Assembly (NCBI RefSeq): GCF_964194025.1
Contig: NC_134475.1
Span: 65,658,001-65,722,000, forward strand
Direction: 5' to 3'
DNA length: 64,000 nucleotides
Source: Convolutriloba macropyga
Taxonomy: Eukaryota
Shown here: piece by piece, positions 1 through 12,557 of the stretch
Numbering within the stretch: the stretch's first letter is position 1
Layout: each line of letters begins with the position of its first letter
Program-made: the position numbers and the translations under genes
The notes under the pieces: model-generated
Told to the model about the DNA's origin: nothing
The model's input: only the letters and a program-made list of their open reading frames with translations
Databases searched by the model: none

Positions 1-3000
1 TTAGTACCGCAGCTGAATAAAATCTCTAATCTATTTTGTCCTCATTAACAAGCAGTCGAAAATTTTATTACCAATTCTTTAAAAAGACAGCGCCCACCAA
101 AACAATTCAAATTTGTTGAATTGTAACAACAGGCGCACCTTTGATTTAAATTTTAGGTGTAAAATGTTTCAAATTGAGCTAGCGGATTAAATTGAGCTAG
201 CGAGCAACTCAGATCACACAAAAATCCAGAAATCAAGCATCGATGAAAGTCAGAGCAGCAGCCAAAAACTGAATTATAAAGACCAGCAAGGCCAACACAA
301 TTAATACCATTTTTAATTTACATCAATTCACAACAAAAAATTTTCTACCGAAATACGCCAAATTGCCTTGCGATGTCGAAAGGTTTAATGTAAAGCTTCC
401 AAAAAACTATTTGATTTTAATTGCTCCAGCCCAACTAATCGAAGGATGAAAATCTGTTTTTTGTTTAGTCAGTATCGCAAGTCTACGCACAAAACTATGC
501 GAGCTAAAACACGAAAATTATTCACGTTTCAAAATCGTGAACAATATTTTATTCACGCTTCTTTATCTTTTTCGAAAATTAAGGTTAGAATTTTTTATAA
601 ATTGACATAGATAAAAGGTCCCACCAGAAATTTCTATCAACGCTCTTTATCCAAATCATACAAAAAAAAAATAAGTTACTATCCTCCACCATTTATTTCT
701 TCCGTTTTATGTAGTCATAACTGTGATTTAGAGAGCCATTCAACGCTCAATCGCCCCACGTAAATATGAAACACCTCTTTTCATGCTGCAAAACTAGTTA
801 TAACGCGCCAACAAACTACCATAAACATCATCAGCTGTATCACCCAAGAGCTGATTTTTTTTCGAAACAATAAGGACTTTTATTCATGTTTACATTATCA
901 AATAGTCAAAACGTGTTCTTTTGTCTTGTCATTTAGCTAGCAACAAGAATACGATCTACTGGCTAAAGTATTGTGCTTGTGCTCTACAAAAATTACATCC
1001 TTCCGCATTTCAACTAAGCTGAATATTAAGGGTACTAGATTCAGAATAGGCTAAAGCTCAAATCATGTCATTTAATATCACAGAACTACATCGTACCACT
1101 ATCACAGCCATACCTCACGTGCGTTTTTGGATTTTATCTACAAATACCGGCCCGCTATTCCGGCGAAGCCACGACACAAACTAACCAACCCTCCGGTTTA
1201 ACCTATTTTTGCATTATATGCTAATTTGGCCATACATCAGCGTATTTTTATTCCAAAATTTTCAAAGAAAATATTGGAATATATATGCCACGCAGTCCTT
1301 TTTTCTTTGTAAACTTCATCATTTTTCGCATTTTAGGGAGAAAAAAAGGAAGAAATGTTTCCAAATTCTTCAACATTTAAACCCCAGCCCAAACAATTTT
1401 CTAGCAAACTAATAATTTTGTCCAAATTAACTTTTTCAGGCAAAATTGGATATTTAAGCCACCGCCATTTTCTCAGCTGTACAAGGACTTTGGATTGTAT
1501 TAGGTGTATTAGTGCTCTGTCTTTTTACGATCTACTGAACAAAAAACCCATATCACAAGAAGAGGGGAGAAAGAGCAACAGTGGTTATCGTTCAAGTATC
1601 AATATTAAAGAGGAAAAGGGTGTGAACAAATTTTGCTTAGGACCATCACGTTCAGCAGAAAAGCATTTTTTTCAAACTTTTGCAATTCATTATTTACAGC
1701 AAAATGGTTGACTAAAAAGATTACCGAAAAGATTTTAAAAAACATTAAACGCTTGGGAGCGCCACATTTCAGCTAACTTCTTTATTTTGCTATTCTACAC
1801 ACTTCCAAAATAATTTTTCCATGTTAATAATCTGTGATTTGTTTTCGTGGTTGCAATAAGTATTTCTGGTGCGCTTAGGACAAAATGGCGCAAATTTCCA
1901 AGCTTTTTTCTATTTAAATTTTTTTTTTGTAAATTGGCTCTTCATCTGACGTTGGGCACGAAATCTAACGTGCCCAACGTTGGGTGCGTCCTCAACTCTC
2001 TCCTTTTGAGGTATATGTATAACTTTACATGTTTCGAAGCTTTTTGAAAGTTTTCTTTTCCGTAAAAATCTGATCGAATTTATTTGTTTGGTGATATTTG
2101 CAATCAGCAATAGAATGGTTTATGAGTTATTCATTACAGCGTTTAAGCTCCGAAATTACTCCGAATTTCTTCTGAAGACTTGAACACAATAAAAAAAACA
2201 CTCAGAATTAATTGTCGAAGCGATCATCCAAACTGACATTTAATCGATCGCGTTAAAAATTCTTACTTTTGATTCACTTGGTATAACTATGGTTAAGAAT
2301 TTTTTTTCGAATTATTTCTTGATTAATTCGCTCCCTAAGTGTAAAGTAGGGTTAAATCAACCGTCTGTTGCGCCAAGAAACAGATCCAAGAAGCGTTCAA
2401 AAGTTTTCCATAGTATGAGACGGTCCATTGAGCGCAAAAGCAAAAACAAATGAAAGATTGTTTTAACTTGACCAAAAAAATGAACGTCGCTTTCTTTTCT
2501 CGCTCAAAAAATTAATGCCGCACTGAGCAAGCTTCCATAACTCACTTTTATTAGCTCTTTTATCACCGACACAGTTTTATTCGAGGATTTTGTCTCTATT
2601 TATTTATTATCTCTCAAAATCATACTTAGCTATTACTGATGGTTGCAATAGCAACGGAAATGGCTGGTGAAAATTTTTAATTGCCACTACAAAATATCTC
2701 ACGAATCCAAATTGCCCATTTAGCTGTAAAAGAATCAAAAACAAAATAAAGGCTTCTCACCTTTGTCAATTCCCCACATTTGAATTATCTTCCAAGGAAA
2801 AATTTTCAAAAGCAAGAGCGGAAATCGCGTTAAGACTCAAAAATGGGAAACGAAAGACGGGAATTTTTAAAAAGGTAATGGCGAACTTAATTCACTTTTC
2901 CCACCTAATCTAACGTGCATGCCTTTCCCAGGGAAAATGACTATGAACCCTGTATGAATAGGAAAGCAACAAACAAACAAACAAACAATTTAACGGAACG

Positions 3001-3589
3001 ATTTTCATTCTCTTCAGCTATAATACAAACGCCAACAGGTCTTCATTGATTTAACTGACAACGCAAACAGCTCAAGTCGCTTCTTTCAATTTAAGTGTTT
3101 GACGTCAATGGTTTTCAAGTGGGGAAATACCTTTTATTGAATTACTTCAAAACAGTTCAGATGTGGCTGTTATGTTCGCACTAAATTTATGCCTCGAACT
3201 TTTAACTCGCAAAGCTCATTACAATTCCACTCAACGTCGATCATCAAGTGAAGAATGAAAAACAGAACACAAAAAAAGAGCAGCTATTATTTGGTATGCT
3301 GAAATTAGCGATCACAGTAAACCATTGGTAAAAAGTTCTGATCAGAATTTTAAAAATAAAACGCGAAAACTATTGCTAGAAAACAAACAAAATCTTAAAA
3401 ATTTATCTCTTGTAATCCAAACTACCCGGGCCTTGCTACCAACACATTTCAACAAAAAAACTTTATTTTTCTAAAACGATCCCAGTATCACTGCAGGAAG
3501 TAAAAAAAAATTCTGTACAAAAATCATAAGTTTGCAAACACGACAGAAAAACTATTAAAAGTCAAAAATAATGTTTTATTAAAACTGCA

Positions 3590-3733
3590 GGACCCTTTCC
3601 GCTCGTGACCACCAGCTTAGTGCGTGCATATTATTTGCACACCCAGACGCACGTGCTATATTTTTACAAAATGATTTACTAGGTAATGACACGTGCTCTG
3701 TAACTGGGGGTGGAGCACAAACGGAAAAGATCC
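3590..3733 (-). mobile_element. MITE-like short element (family A), full copy with ~20-bp imperfect TIRs
   Basis: Ends GGACCCTTTCCGCTCGTG...CACAAACGGAAAAGATCC are inverted repeats. The core (reverse complement GCACGTGCGTCTGGG..GCAAATAATATGCAC) recurs at 21316-21350 and 44431-44465. Confidence 0.7.
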
Positions 3734-4939
3734 AAACTCCCTATGATATTTCATGGAAAACATAGATTTCTTTAGAAGAAAAAGAAGACTTTCAACCATA
3801 ATGGCTCAGATAGAAAATTGCCATGTAGAAAGTTGGCATGTCATTCAGCGCTGAAAACATTTTCGAGTGAGCTTCGGCTGAAATGGTCGACTTAGCTAGC
3901 TACTACACGTTCAGAAAAAATAGTTAAAATTTTTTAAAGCAACCGAAAGGATGATCGTAAAAATATTCGATACCGAAAAATTGCAACTAGATTTGGAATG
4001 CTGAAATATATAACACATCAGAGAACTATTGAAAAAAGCTCTCAACTAGTGTTTTCATCCAAAGATTAATAGAACATAGCATGAATTAGCTACAAGATCA
4101 TAGCTCTGTCTTATTTTTTCATGACTTCGGCTTATAATTTCGCTCGATGCACAAATTTGTACAAGAAGCAATTCAAAAAAACACTTCTTTACCCTTGCTT
4201 AGTTTAGATTGAAAACTTGTTGGACAACCAACACAGCCGTTACAGCAATTAACTCGTTTTCTGTGGCCAAAAAAGCAAGGCTAGCATTGACTGAGCTCCT
4301 TAGTAACAAGTCAATACAAACAAAAACATCAAAAAATGATTTAACTTTCTTGAACAACTTTCTTGCCTTTACTATAGTCATGCAGCTCAATGTTGAAACC
4401 AATCATTTTTGAAATTAACCACTGAGTACAAAAATGTGTACTTCGGACAAGGAGACGCGATAACATTTATTTAATCTCGCACATCATTTCCCCAAACTTT
4501 CCATCCGCATTCATTCCATTCCAACATGGCTGGAATACAGGTTTAAAAAAACTTACGACAATATATCAAAAGATTTCAGAAAAATTTCAAATACGATGAA
4601 TATGAGCAACTAAAATACTCACTCCGATTAACAAGTTCTTCAGTTCGTTCTCCCAAGTTGGATCCACAACTTTTACAGACCAAAACATGTCGGCATTGGC
4701 ATGACATTGACAACAACAACAATTTTAGGCACCCAAACAATTATGAAAAATATGATACATGTTGAACTTGAAAAGATTTTTAATGAGTTTCAGAGCAACT
4801 TATCATGCTTTTCTGATGCAGCGACAAAATTAAATACACTTCTTCTCGTGGTTTGGACACGTTTAGGAAGAAATTCTACTGGGAAAAAACTGGGAAAAAA
4901 TAAAAGAAAAAATGAAAACTAACATAGCTGGCAGATTGC

Positions 4940-5545
4940 CAGAAAAATAGCCGCAATAGCTTCGTAGATCTGCAGTTCTAAAAAAAAGTTTAAAAAAGGA
5001 CAGACCAAATAAGAAACTTATTCGTTTCATTAAGAGCTGAGATGTTATATTTTGATTAAGAATCTGTACAGGTTTTTGCTGCCTCTATTAGCTGCTCTCA
5101 AATAACCCTCAATTAGAGTGACACACATTCAGCTGACCTTGTCTCTTTGAATTAAAGTAAACAAAAGTCAATTTCAAAGTGAGGAAGTCATTTTTGAGAG
5201 TGAGGTAAGTCACGTGTGACCAAAAATTTAATCACGCGAATGAACAAAAAACTCGCTCCACTAGGAGTGAAAAATTCAAGCATTTCAGTAGAATTTGCAT
5301 GAACGAAAAGCAGATTTGAAGTTATTGTGACGTCATATGATCGTAACAAAAATCTTGACGAAATAAAAAACACAACAGGACAAGTCCTGAAATATAATTC
5401 AAACAACTTTCATTGACTAAACAAAAAACTAGACCTGGAACGGAACATGAGTGAATTGGGAAAACATTAAAAAACAATACAAAATTTAAAAAAAAAAAGA
5501 AAATCAATGTCAAAATGCCGCATGTGAACAAAAAACCACTAACGA
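4940..5545. repeat. Dispersed repeat family B, copy 1 (probable non-autonomous TE)
   Basis: Collinear blocks AAAATAGCCGCAATAGCTT, GTCACGTGTGACCAAAA, TGACGTCATATGAT and CAGGACAAGTCCTGA recur at 10855-11420 and partly at 12075-12395. Confidence 0.65.
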
Positions 5546-5744
5546 GAAAGGAAAAATTGGTTCAAACATAAAAATAGGCCTAGAATGATTTATGAATGGA
5601 TTGAAAAAAACATTTAGAAAAAAATCCGATACAAAAATGGAAAAAACGGTAAAAAACTTCATGGTTTTTTTTTTACAATTCAAAGAATTTGAATTGTAAA
5701 AAAAACCAAGAGAAGGCCAATAATAGCCTCAAACCAGCATTTAA

Positions 5745-5945
5745 ACAAACCAACACACCCATATATTAACACACATACGCACAAACATATACACATATAC
5801 GCAGAATAATATACAGATATAAACACACACAAACACAAACACGCACGCACACAAAAACACAGACACTGCAACAAACAGACAAAAACGCGCGGGCTCACGA
5901 ACACACACAAATGCGCACGCACGTACGCACGCGAACGAGCACACA
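5745..5945. repeat. Degenerate CA/CACG-rich microsatellite
   Basis: Runs such as AACACACACAAACACAAACACGCACGCACAC. It produces spurious Cys/Val-rich ORFs. Confidence 0.75.
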
Positions 5946-6750
5946 AGTAAAGTCCGAGCAATTATTAAAGCAGATTCTTGCATTTCGTCAGGAAGCGTTT
6001 TCCGTTTTTTCCACGTTCTATTTAAGTAGCTATAATCGCTCGTGTATCAAATTAATCAGCTATAACGGTAACAAGAGAGTAGACTTCAATTGAAGAGTTG
6101 TTCTGACTGAAGAATAAAAAGGAGTTAATTAAAATAAAATTAAATTAACCATTCATAATTGACTTCTTCGCTAATATCTAAAATAGACCAACTTTGCCAC
6201 TGGAAGTTATTTGAGCTAAGCGCCAATTGGACACAACAGTACAGGGTGTCAATTCCAACGACGCCAGTTTTTCCAAAATTGTCCAGATTTACAGCACGGT
6301 TGATTGTTTGTTCGCTTCGCTTTCAGATACAATTTTTATTGGAAAGCTGCCAACGTTTCTATCTACAAAGCAGGGCCATTACAGACTTTGATTACATTTT
6401 ATCTATTATCAAATATAAATTATATTTTCCCAATAGTTCCGGAATGCGTTGTTTATTCATCGCATAATCCGTGTCTTGATGTGCTAATTACAAATTAAGG
6501 TACTACTTATGGTTTGGGTAGACTTCAAATCGAAAATAAAACTTTGCATTGAATTACATTTGCGATAGTTGTTCAAAGTGAGTCGCTGCAACGGTCCTGT
6601 TCAAAATTTTTTTATGTCTTCTCAGATCGATTGAGACAATTTCATGCATTAGAGAATAACACCTTGAAAAGTTCTTGCGTACAGCAAAAGAACTGCAGCT
6701 AATTTGGGTTATACAATAGAAAGGGTAGTACTGTTCCTTGCTGTTTTTAT

Positions 6751-9018
6751 TCACAGCAACCCGTTTGTTTTCAGCTTACATTCAAAGCCCGCTCGGAATT
6801 TTTGCCGAATGCTTTCTCGCTGTTTCAGATAGTCGGCGTGTTTCTTTTTGAACGCGTCAATTTCGGCCTGCGGAATGAAAGTTTGATTGGGCGCATTCGT
6901 TATCAGCTGATTTTTCTGCTTGTTTGCATTTTTGCTATTCGGTACCTTTTGAGACGCTTTTCTGTTATCGGGAACCGAAACGTGAAATGATATCACCAGA
7001 GATTCATCACTCCCTTCGTCCATACAGAATGCCTTTTTAGCCTCTGATGGACCCTCTGGAGCCTTTCCCGGCGTACGATTAATTTCCCGCTTTTCAGCTG
7101 AGGAGCCATTTGATTTTTTATCCTGTTTACTTCCACAATCGGCTTTCTTAACTCCTTTATTCGCGCTTTCCGTGTGTGTTCTGGTCGAACTAGACATTGT
7201 CATTGTTTTCGATATTTCGTCTTCACTCGAACTTGATGTTTTCGTTTTTGCCAGGTTGATAGGTTTCCCCGAAGCGGACTTGTTAGGGCAGTCTTTAACA
7301 GCCCCACGGCGACGTACAGGTGAGGAATTGTTCGTTGACGCGGGAGATGACGATGATTCGGGACTACTAGAACAGCTAAGAGTTGAAATTCCGCTGCTGC
7401 TCGTGTTCATTTTATTCCCTTTTCTCCGCGTGAGATTACACGATGTGTCCCGCGGATATTTGTACTCATCTTCGCGAGGACTGTTTCCACTTTCACTTGT
7501 CGAGTATCCCCCGTCTGAAAAGTTATTCCCAGGCGGCGATAAGCTTTCACGTCTCGTTTTACTGTTGCTGCAATTCCGACTCACCTTTCCATTATTTCCC
7601 ATATTTTGTTCCAAATCGTACGTTTCAATGCTACACATTTCTGTGACGTCCAAATTCTGTTCATACATTTGTTTCAGTTTCAATTTCCGATTTCGTTTCT
7701 TTTCACGTTTCCGTTCTTTTTGAGCCTCGTGTTTTGCGTCTACGAGAGCTATTTCTTTCAAAGTTTTATCAATTCGCATCAAACCTTCGACATCTTCAAC
7801 GGCTGCTTCTAGTTTACTCCTGAAGGTGAGCCAGACCACGTGAGGTAAAAGTTCAACGCACGCTACGAATGCCGAGAACTTCATGACAATTGCTTGGACC
7901 CGTTTGTACAAGAACATTGCAATACACAACACCGCCTCTTTCTGTGCGACATCGAGGGTTCTCGCATGTCGCTCTTCGTTCGGGTTGCTTGTATTCATTT
8001 GATTTTTTAACCGGTCCATCATATCAGCTAACACTGACGTTTCAGGAGCCACACATACAAATCGTTCGCCTGTTGTAGCGCACGTTTCCATTGATAGAAA
8101 CTGGTACGTGTCGGGGTTGTAATCTTCGTATTTTGGTGCATTTTCGGGCTCGAATAGGAGTTTGAACGCATTCGATAGGTGATATTGGCAGTCATCGCAA
8201 AACTTGTGTTTTTTCGTGAACATTTCCTGACTCGTTTTCAGCTCCGATTCAGATATACGTAGAATTTCCTTCCTACAACTGGGTGTTGTATTTTCCCACA
8301 AAACATTCCACTGGATTTGGGATTCCCTGTTGCCTCCTAAGTCGTGATTCACAGAATGATAAACACACCTAGTTTTGTTCTTTTTAGGAAGCGCTTCGAA
8401 TATTTCTTTCACTCTGAACTTCGAAACCGACAATTTTTCTATCAAACTATCGGCGCTTTTGATGTCACTGTGTTTGTACAGAATCTTGATTTTAGAGCAA
8501 CTTGCAAATTCGAATTTCTCAAATTTTGAGAATTGAGATTGTTTCAGGTTATCTAACAGGGTTTCGATGCCTTTTCTGCAGCCTACACAGGTAATATCGG
8601 CGCCTCCGATCGCTAGCACCTCTTTCGTACTTAAGTTTACACATTTACTGAACTGTTCATATGACACCATTGCGAAATTCCTGATGTCAGCTGTGAATTG
8701 TTCCGTGAGAACAGATGGCTTTGTTTGCGAAGGAGGTACGATGTACGAATTGCAGTGTTTATGAGAGCTGCCGTGTTTCTGAATCATTGCTCTTGTAGGT
8801 TGCGTTGCGTGTTTTGGGTCTGTAGACGGTGGGTTCGATCTGAGCAGGAGCTGGTAATCATCGGATACTGGAATCATGACAGCCGCACCTGGACCTGGGT
8901 CGTTACTACTGGATGGGTTACAGGTGGTGGTGGTTACGAGAGGTTTGTATGTGTCGTTATCGCTTGACACCACCTTGATCATTCTCTCAATTGTGAAATT
9001 AGCACCGTTCGTCAACAT
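6751..9018 (-). CDS. GGNBP2: Gametogenetin-binding protein 2 (GGNBP2/ZNF403) homologue, 755 aa, single coding exon
   Basis: Long uninterrupted ORF with GGNBP2 signature blocks ITCVGCRKGIETL, KKHKFCDDC and EERHARTLDVAQKEAVLCIAMFLYKRV. These are followed by a basic KERKREKKRNRK coil, a Ser-rich linker and the conserved C-terminal IPQAEIDAFK...RESIRQKF helix. Confidence 0.9.
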   Translation of the reverse strand: MLTNGANFTIERMIKVVSSDNDTYKPLVTTTTCNPSSSNDPGPGAAVMIPVSDDYQLLLRSNPPSTDPKHATQPTRAMIQKHGSSHKHCNSYIVPPSQTKPSVLTEQFTADIRNFAMVSYEQFSKCVNLSTKEVLAIGGADITCVGCRKGIETLLDNLKQSQFSKFEKFEFASCSKIKILYKHSDIKSADSLIEKLSVSKFRVKEIFEALPKKNKTRCVYHSVNHDLGGNRESQIQWNVLWENTTPSCRKEILRISESELKTSQEMFTKKHKFCDDCQYHLSNAFKLLFEPENAPKYEDYNPDTYQFLSMETCATTGERFVCVAPETSVLADMMDRLKNQMNTSNPNEERHARTLDVAQKEAVLCIAMFLYKRVQAIVMKFSAFVACVELLPHVVWLTFRSKLEAAVEDVEGLMRIDKTLKEIALVDAKHEAQKERKREKKRNRKLKLKQMYEQNLDVTEMCSIETYDLEQNMGNNGKVSRNCSNSKTRRESLSPPGNNFSDGGYSTSESGNSPREDEYKYPRDTSCNLTRRKGNKMNTSSSGISTLSCSSSPESSSSPASTNNSSPVRRRGAVKDCPNKSASGKPINLAKTKTSSSSEDEISKTMTMSSSTRTHTESANKGVKKADCGSKQDKKSNGSSAEKREINRTPGKAPEGPSEAKKAFCMDEGSDESLVISFHVSVPDNRKASQKVPNSKNANKQKNQLITNAPNQTFIPQAEIDAFKKKHADYLKQRESIRQKFRAGFECKLKTNGLL

Positions 9019-9406
9019 TGTCTAATTGTTGGTTGTACACCTGTATTATACTTGAGATAGTCAATTAAAATCTGAAATCAAGCACTTACCTCAACAAACT
9101 TTATCCTCTCAAAAATTAAATTATCTTCCGTTTAAAAAATAATTACCTCAGAAATGACAGTTTAAACCTAATTTACCAACAAAATCTTTAAGGTGACGTT
9201 TGACGCCGTCCTTCGAAACACGCATTCAACATCATTTAAAATGGAAGACTTGATTAAGCCCAGTTCATCACCAACAATGCAAGACCTCTTTTGATTGATA
9301 ACATTAACGATTAATTTGTATGACTCGAATCATTTGCAATAATTTGTTATTATAAAGATCAAAACCTGCTGCTGAGCTGTACAAAAAATAGAGAAATAAA
9401 CTTGTA

Positions 9407-10055
9407 CTATTTTTGAAAAAATCCATTAACAACATGGGCCATTAAAGCCATACCAGCATCTGCATTATAATCTTCAACAAACAAATCAAACTCTCTTCTA
9501 ACTGCAGTGAAAAACTTCACATTAGGCTGTGACCAAATCACATTTTTCACACCCTCGTCATCAGAAAATCTAGTCGTATTCAACTGACAAGTTGCGAAAT
9601 GAAGATCGAAGCCAGTACTGCCAACACACTGTGCCACAATCGGTTTGGGCAAATCCAGCTCTTGATGACCGTATAAATGTCTGGCTTTGGTCACGGCATT
9701 TGAGAATGCGAAAAGGCACACTGCGTATTGCATCTGGTCAGGTTTGAGAGTAACAGCAGGTAGAAAAGACGTGTGAGGGTAGAACTTGTTTTTAGCTTCA
9801 GAACTTGCAACTCCGAAAGACTCAAAAGGTTGGTACAAATCGGTTAGTTTGAAATCCAATAACGGATTCAAAGGGTGGAAATTGGCAAATTTGTGACTTT
9901 CGGTTTGTTTGACTTGGCTTTCACTATATGGGGCTTCAAGTGGTTGATCCACCATGAAATTTATGCAATTATCCTGTCTTAGGAGAACAGAGTTGAAGCC
10001 GGATCGTTCAAACATGGATTGAATGATTGTGTCAAATGTTGTGAAGACCCTACTC
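9407..10055 (-). CDS. MRPL37: Mitochondrial ribosomal protein mL37, coding exon 2
   Basis: PIVAQCVGSTGFDLHFATCQLNTTRFSDDEGVKNVIW matches the mL37 C-terminal motif (FQLNT...EGVKN.W). The acceptor TTTTTTATTCTAG|G at 10056 joins in phase 2 to exon 1 (TTC AG|G AGT = F-R-S-R-V-F). Confidence 0.88.
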
Positions 10056-10854
10056 CTAGAATAAAAAAATGATACTATCACTCAATATAAGGTCCAAAAC
10101 TTAATTCTATACTAAGCAATGAAAATAGTACTACTGGAAAAGTTATAAAATCTTCAAGAGATAAAGGACAATAAAAATAAAGGACAACTACAGTGTAGCC
10201 GACTAACGTCGGATGAGTTAATCTAGAACGACTTATGGGCAAAAGGCGGAGGTCAATAAGCGGGGCATTAGGTTTACAATGGGGCTTCAAATGATATTAT
10301 TAGGGCTTTCATATGTCAATAGTAGAATTTAAAAAGACAAAAGGGACGAATTTCGACGCGCGTTTCGATTATTGGTAGCATACTACTGCCATTTGAGCTC
10401 AGCTGATTAGAATTATAGAATAAAGAACGAGAGAGCACTTTCGACCATACAAAAATTGAGAAGCCGATCGTGATAGAAGTCTCGCCAAGTCAAAACGGTC
10501 AAGGAAAAATTTTGCATAAAAAGAGACACGTTTACAATATTTGCTTTCTCATCGTTCGAGAGCAATTATAGACTGCGTAATTGATAAAATAATTCAGCCC
10601 TTCAAACACTACTTGTCAAAGAGAATGTTTTCCGTAAAGCCTCCGATTGATACCCTCAGCCCACATGAGGATGGAGAGGTGAGCAATTGCCTAAAGATTC
10701 CGAATGCAGGCAATTTGGCTCATTCCCCCCAAAAAAGTGCATGTAACACCAGCAGCACAAAAATGCTGAAGACTATGTCTCAGAGATACCGAAAAAGAAT
10801 TCTCGAAAAGTATAACCGTAAAAGTCTTTGCATTTCTCTAAAACGAAAACAGAT

Positions 10855-11420
10855 TGTCAGAAAATAGCTGCGATAGCTTTATAGACATATAGCGTCAAAA
10901 GACATGCAAAGACTACTACCAAGTTCCATCTTGAATTGATTTAAACTGATGCACTGCTAAGCTTTCCATCGAACAACCTCGATTAGATTAATATCCTCAA
11001 TTAACCTTAATTCGTAATTCAAGTTCACCAAAAGACAATTTGAGAGAGGGAAAAACAGTTTGCGATTGGATTATGTCACGTGTGACCAAAACACTATTCA
11101 CGAACACGAACAAAAAATAGCTACAATAATGGTAAAGTGAAGTCACGCACGCAATTATTTCATTTAAGAACTACATGAATGAATAAACAAAAAGTGATTT
11201 GAAGTGAGGATGACGTCATATGATATTACCAAAAATCTTGACAAAAAAACAGCAGGACAAGTCCTGAACCAATTCAAAATTTCATCAACTAAACAAAAAA
11301 AACAGACCTAGAAATGCTAGGATTAGATTAAGAAAAACTATTAAAACTCGAAAAAAAATTAACACAGTAGCCAAATAACCGCATGTGAAACAAAAAAAAC
11401 CACAATCGGGAACGCGAAAT
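10855..11420. repeat. Dispersed repeat family B, copy 2 (inside the MRPL37 intron)
   Basis: Aligns by eye with 4940-5545 (GTCACGTGTGACCAAAA, TGACGTCATATGAT, CAGGACAAGTCCTGA, CCGCATGTGAA). Confidence 0.65.
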
Positions 11421-12074
11421 TTGGCAAACACGCATTTTTCTCACTACTTGAGAGTGATAAAATTTCACGCGTCAAAATTGCTTTTAATTGGGTTTCAATT
11501 GATTTATTGTACAAATAGAAACAAAAAGAAAGCTCTGTCGAGAGAAAACTAAAAATTGTTCGATGTTCAGAAAGCTAACTTTTGAGCATCTATCGATGAG
11601 GCTCAACTTCAACGCCGTGACCAGTTGGGTCTAGCTAATGACGTAAACTTCCTTAATGTGTTGGGTCTAGTGGGTGACAAATATTTCTTTGATGATCAAA
11701 GTATATTTTTTTACTGAAGTTCTATACTTTACTTCTATACTTCTGAAATTTTTCTATACTTTGGAAGCACAAAAAATATTATTCCAGAGAGTTTACCCAT
11801 AAAGCAAAGCAGATAAAAATAGCACCTTTGTAAAGGCGTCCTTTTGTCTCGGAAAGCGTAGTCTACGGGACTCAATTTTAGGAGATCTGGATAAATAACT
11901 TCTAGATAATGAAAAGTTTGAGCTGACAAAAAGTCCAGAATTTTTCGCGGGATGACATTAACCAGAGAATTTTGTCAGTGGAAAACTTTCAACTCTCCCT
12001 CAAAAACTGGAGAATTCGTTGTTATGAAATATGCATAAGAAAGCTTAGAGAGATTATCGTGTAAATTGAGGACA

Positions 12075-12395
12075 AAAATAGCAGCTTAACTTTGTCTGCA
12101 AAAATCCTGGGAAACCAATACAAGAAAAACGCCTTTTAGTGTAAGGTTAATCACGGGTGACCAAAATCTTAATCACGACTAAAAAAACCAAAAATCTCGC
12201 TACAATAAGAGCAAAACATGACGTCACACACGCCATTCAGTCAAAATTGCATGAATTAGTGAACGAAACGTAAATTTGAACTAAGTGTGACGTTATATGG
12301 TGGTATCGAAAAAATTTGACACAAAATAAAAAGCAGGACACGTTCTGACCGACAATTCAAAGAATTTCCAATAACTTAACAAAAAACATGGCCTT
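12075..12395. repeat. Dispersed repeat family B, partial copy 3
   Basis: ATCACGGGTGACCAAAATCTTAATCACG, GTGACGTTATATG and GCAGGACACGTTCTGA occur in the same order as in copies 1 and 2. Confidence 0.55.
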
Positions 12396-12557
12396 ATGCT
12401 TTAAATAACACAGCTGGAGTCATTGGTAGCTAACATATTCTGGGCATACATCTCCTTATTGAGAAATTCCTTCGAATTTATTTCTTGTCAATATTTAACT
12501 ACCCAGTTGTATTCTCAATTCTAGCTTCATTCAGACTATCCACAACCACTAAAATAC

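Larger units (their letters stand above)
10056..12557 (-). other. MRPL37: GT-AG intron of MRPL37 (~2.5 kb, repeat-filled)
   Basis: Donor CAG|GTATTT at 12557 and acceptor TTCTAG at 10056. The reading frame is conserved across the junction. Confidence 0.8.

Noticed and set aside
1-3500. Short ORFs (1209-2110) and a 12-bp inverted repeat at ~1949-1980
   Set aside because: AT-rich non-coding sequence with no recognisable protein motifs or splice-consistent exon chain. The hairpin alone is not informative.
5680-5983. Cys/Val-rich ORFs resembling membrane or metal-binding proteins
   Set aside because: They are translations of a CA/TG microsatellite.
7172-8967. Several + strand ORFs overlapping GGNBP2, and likewise the antisense ORFs over the BEL/Pao genes and the peptide gene (58780-59190)
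   Set aside because: They are antisense shadows of real coding sequence with no independent motifs.
9072-9089. 18-nt micro-intron GTAAGT...TTTCAG in the GGNBP2 5' UTR
   Set aside because: An alternative donor (9146) and acceptor (9041) give ordinary 75- or 49-nt introns, so it cannot be supported without cDNA.
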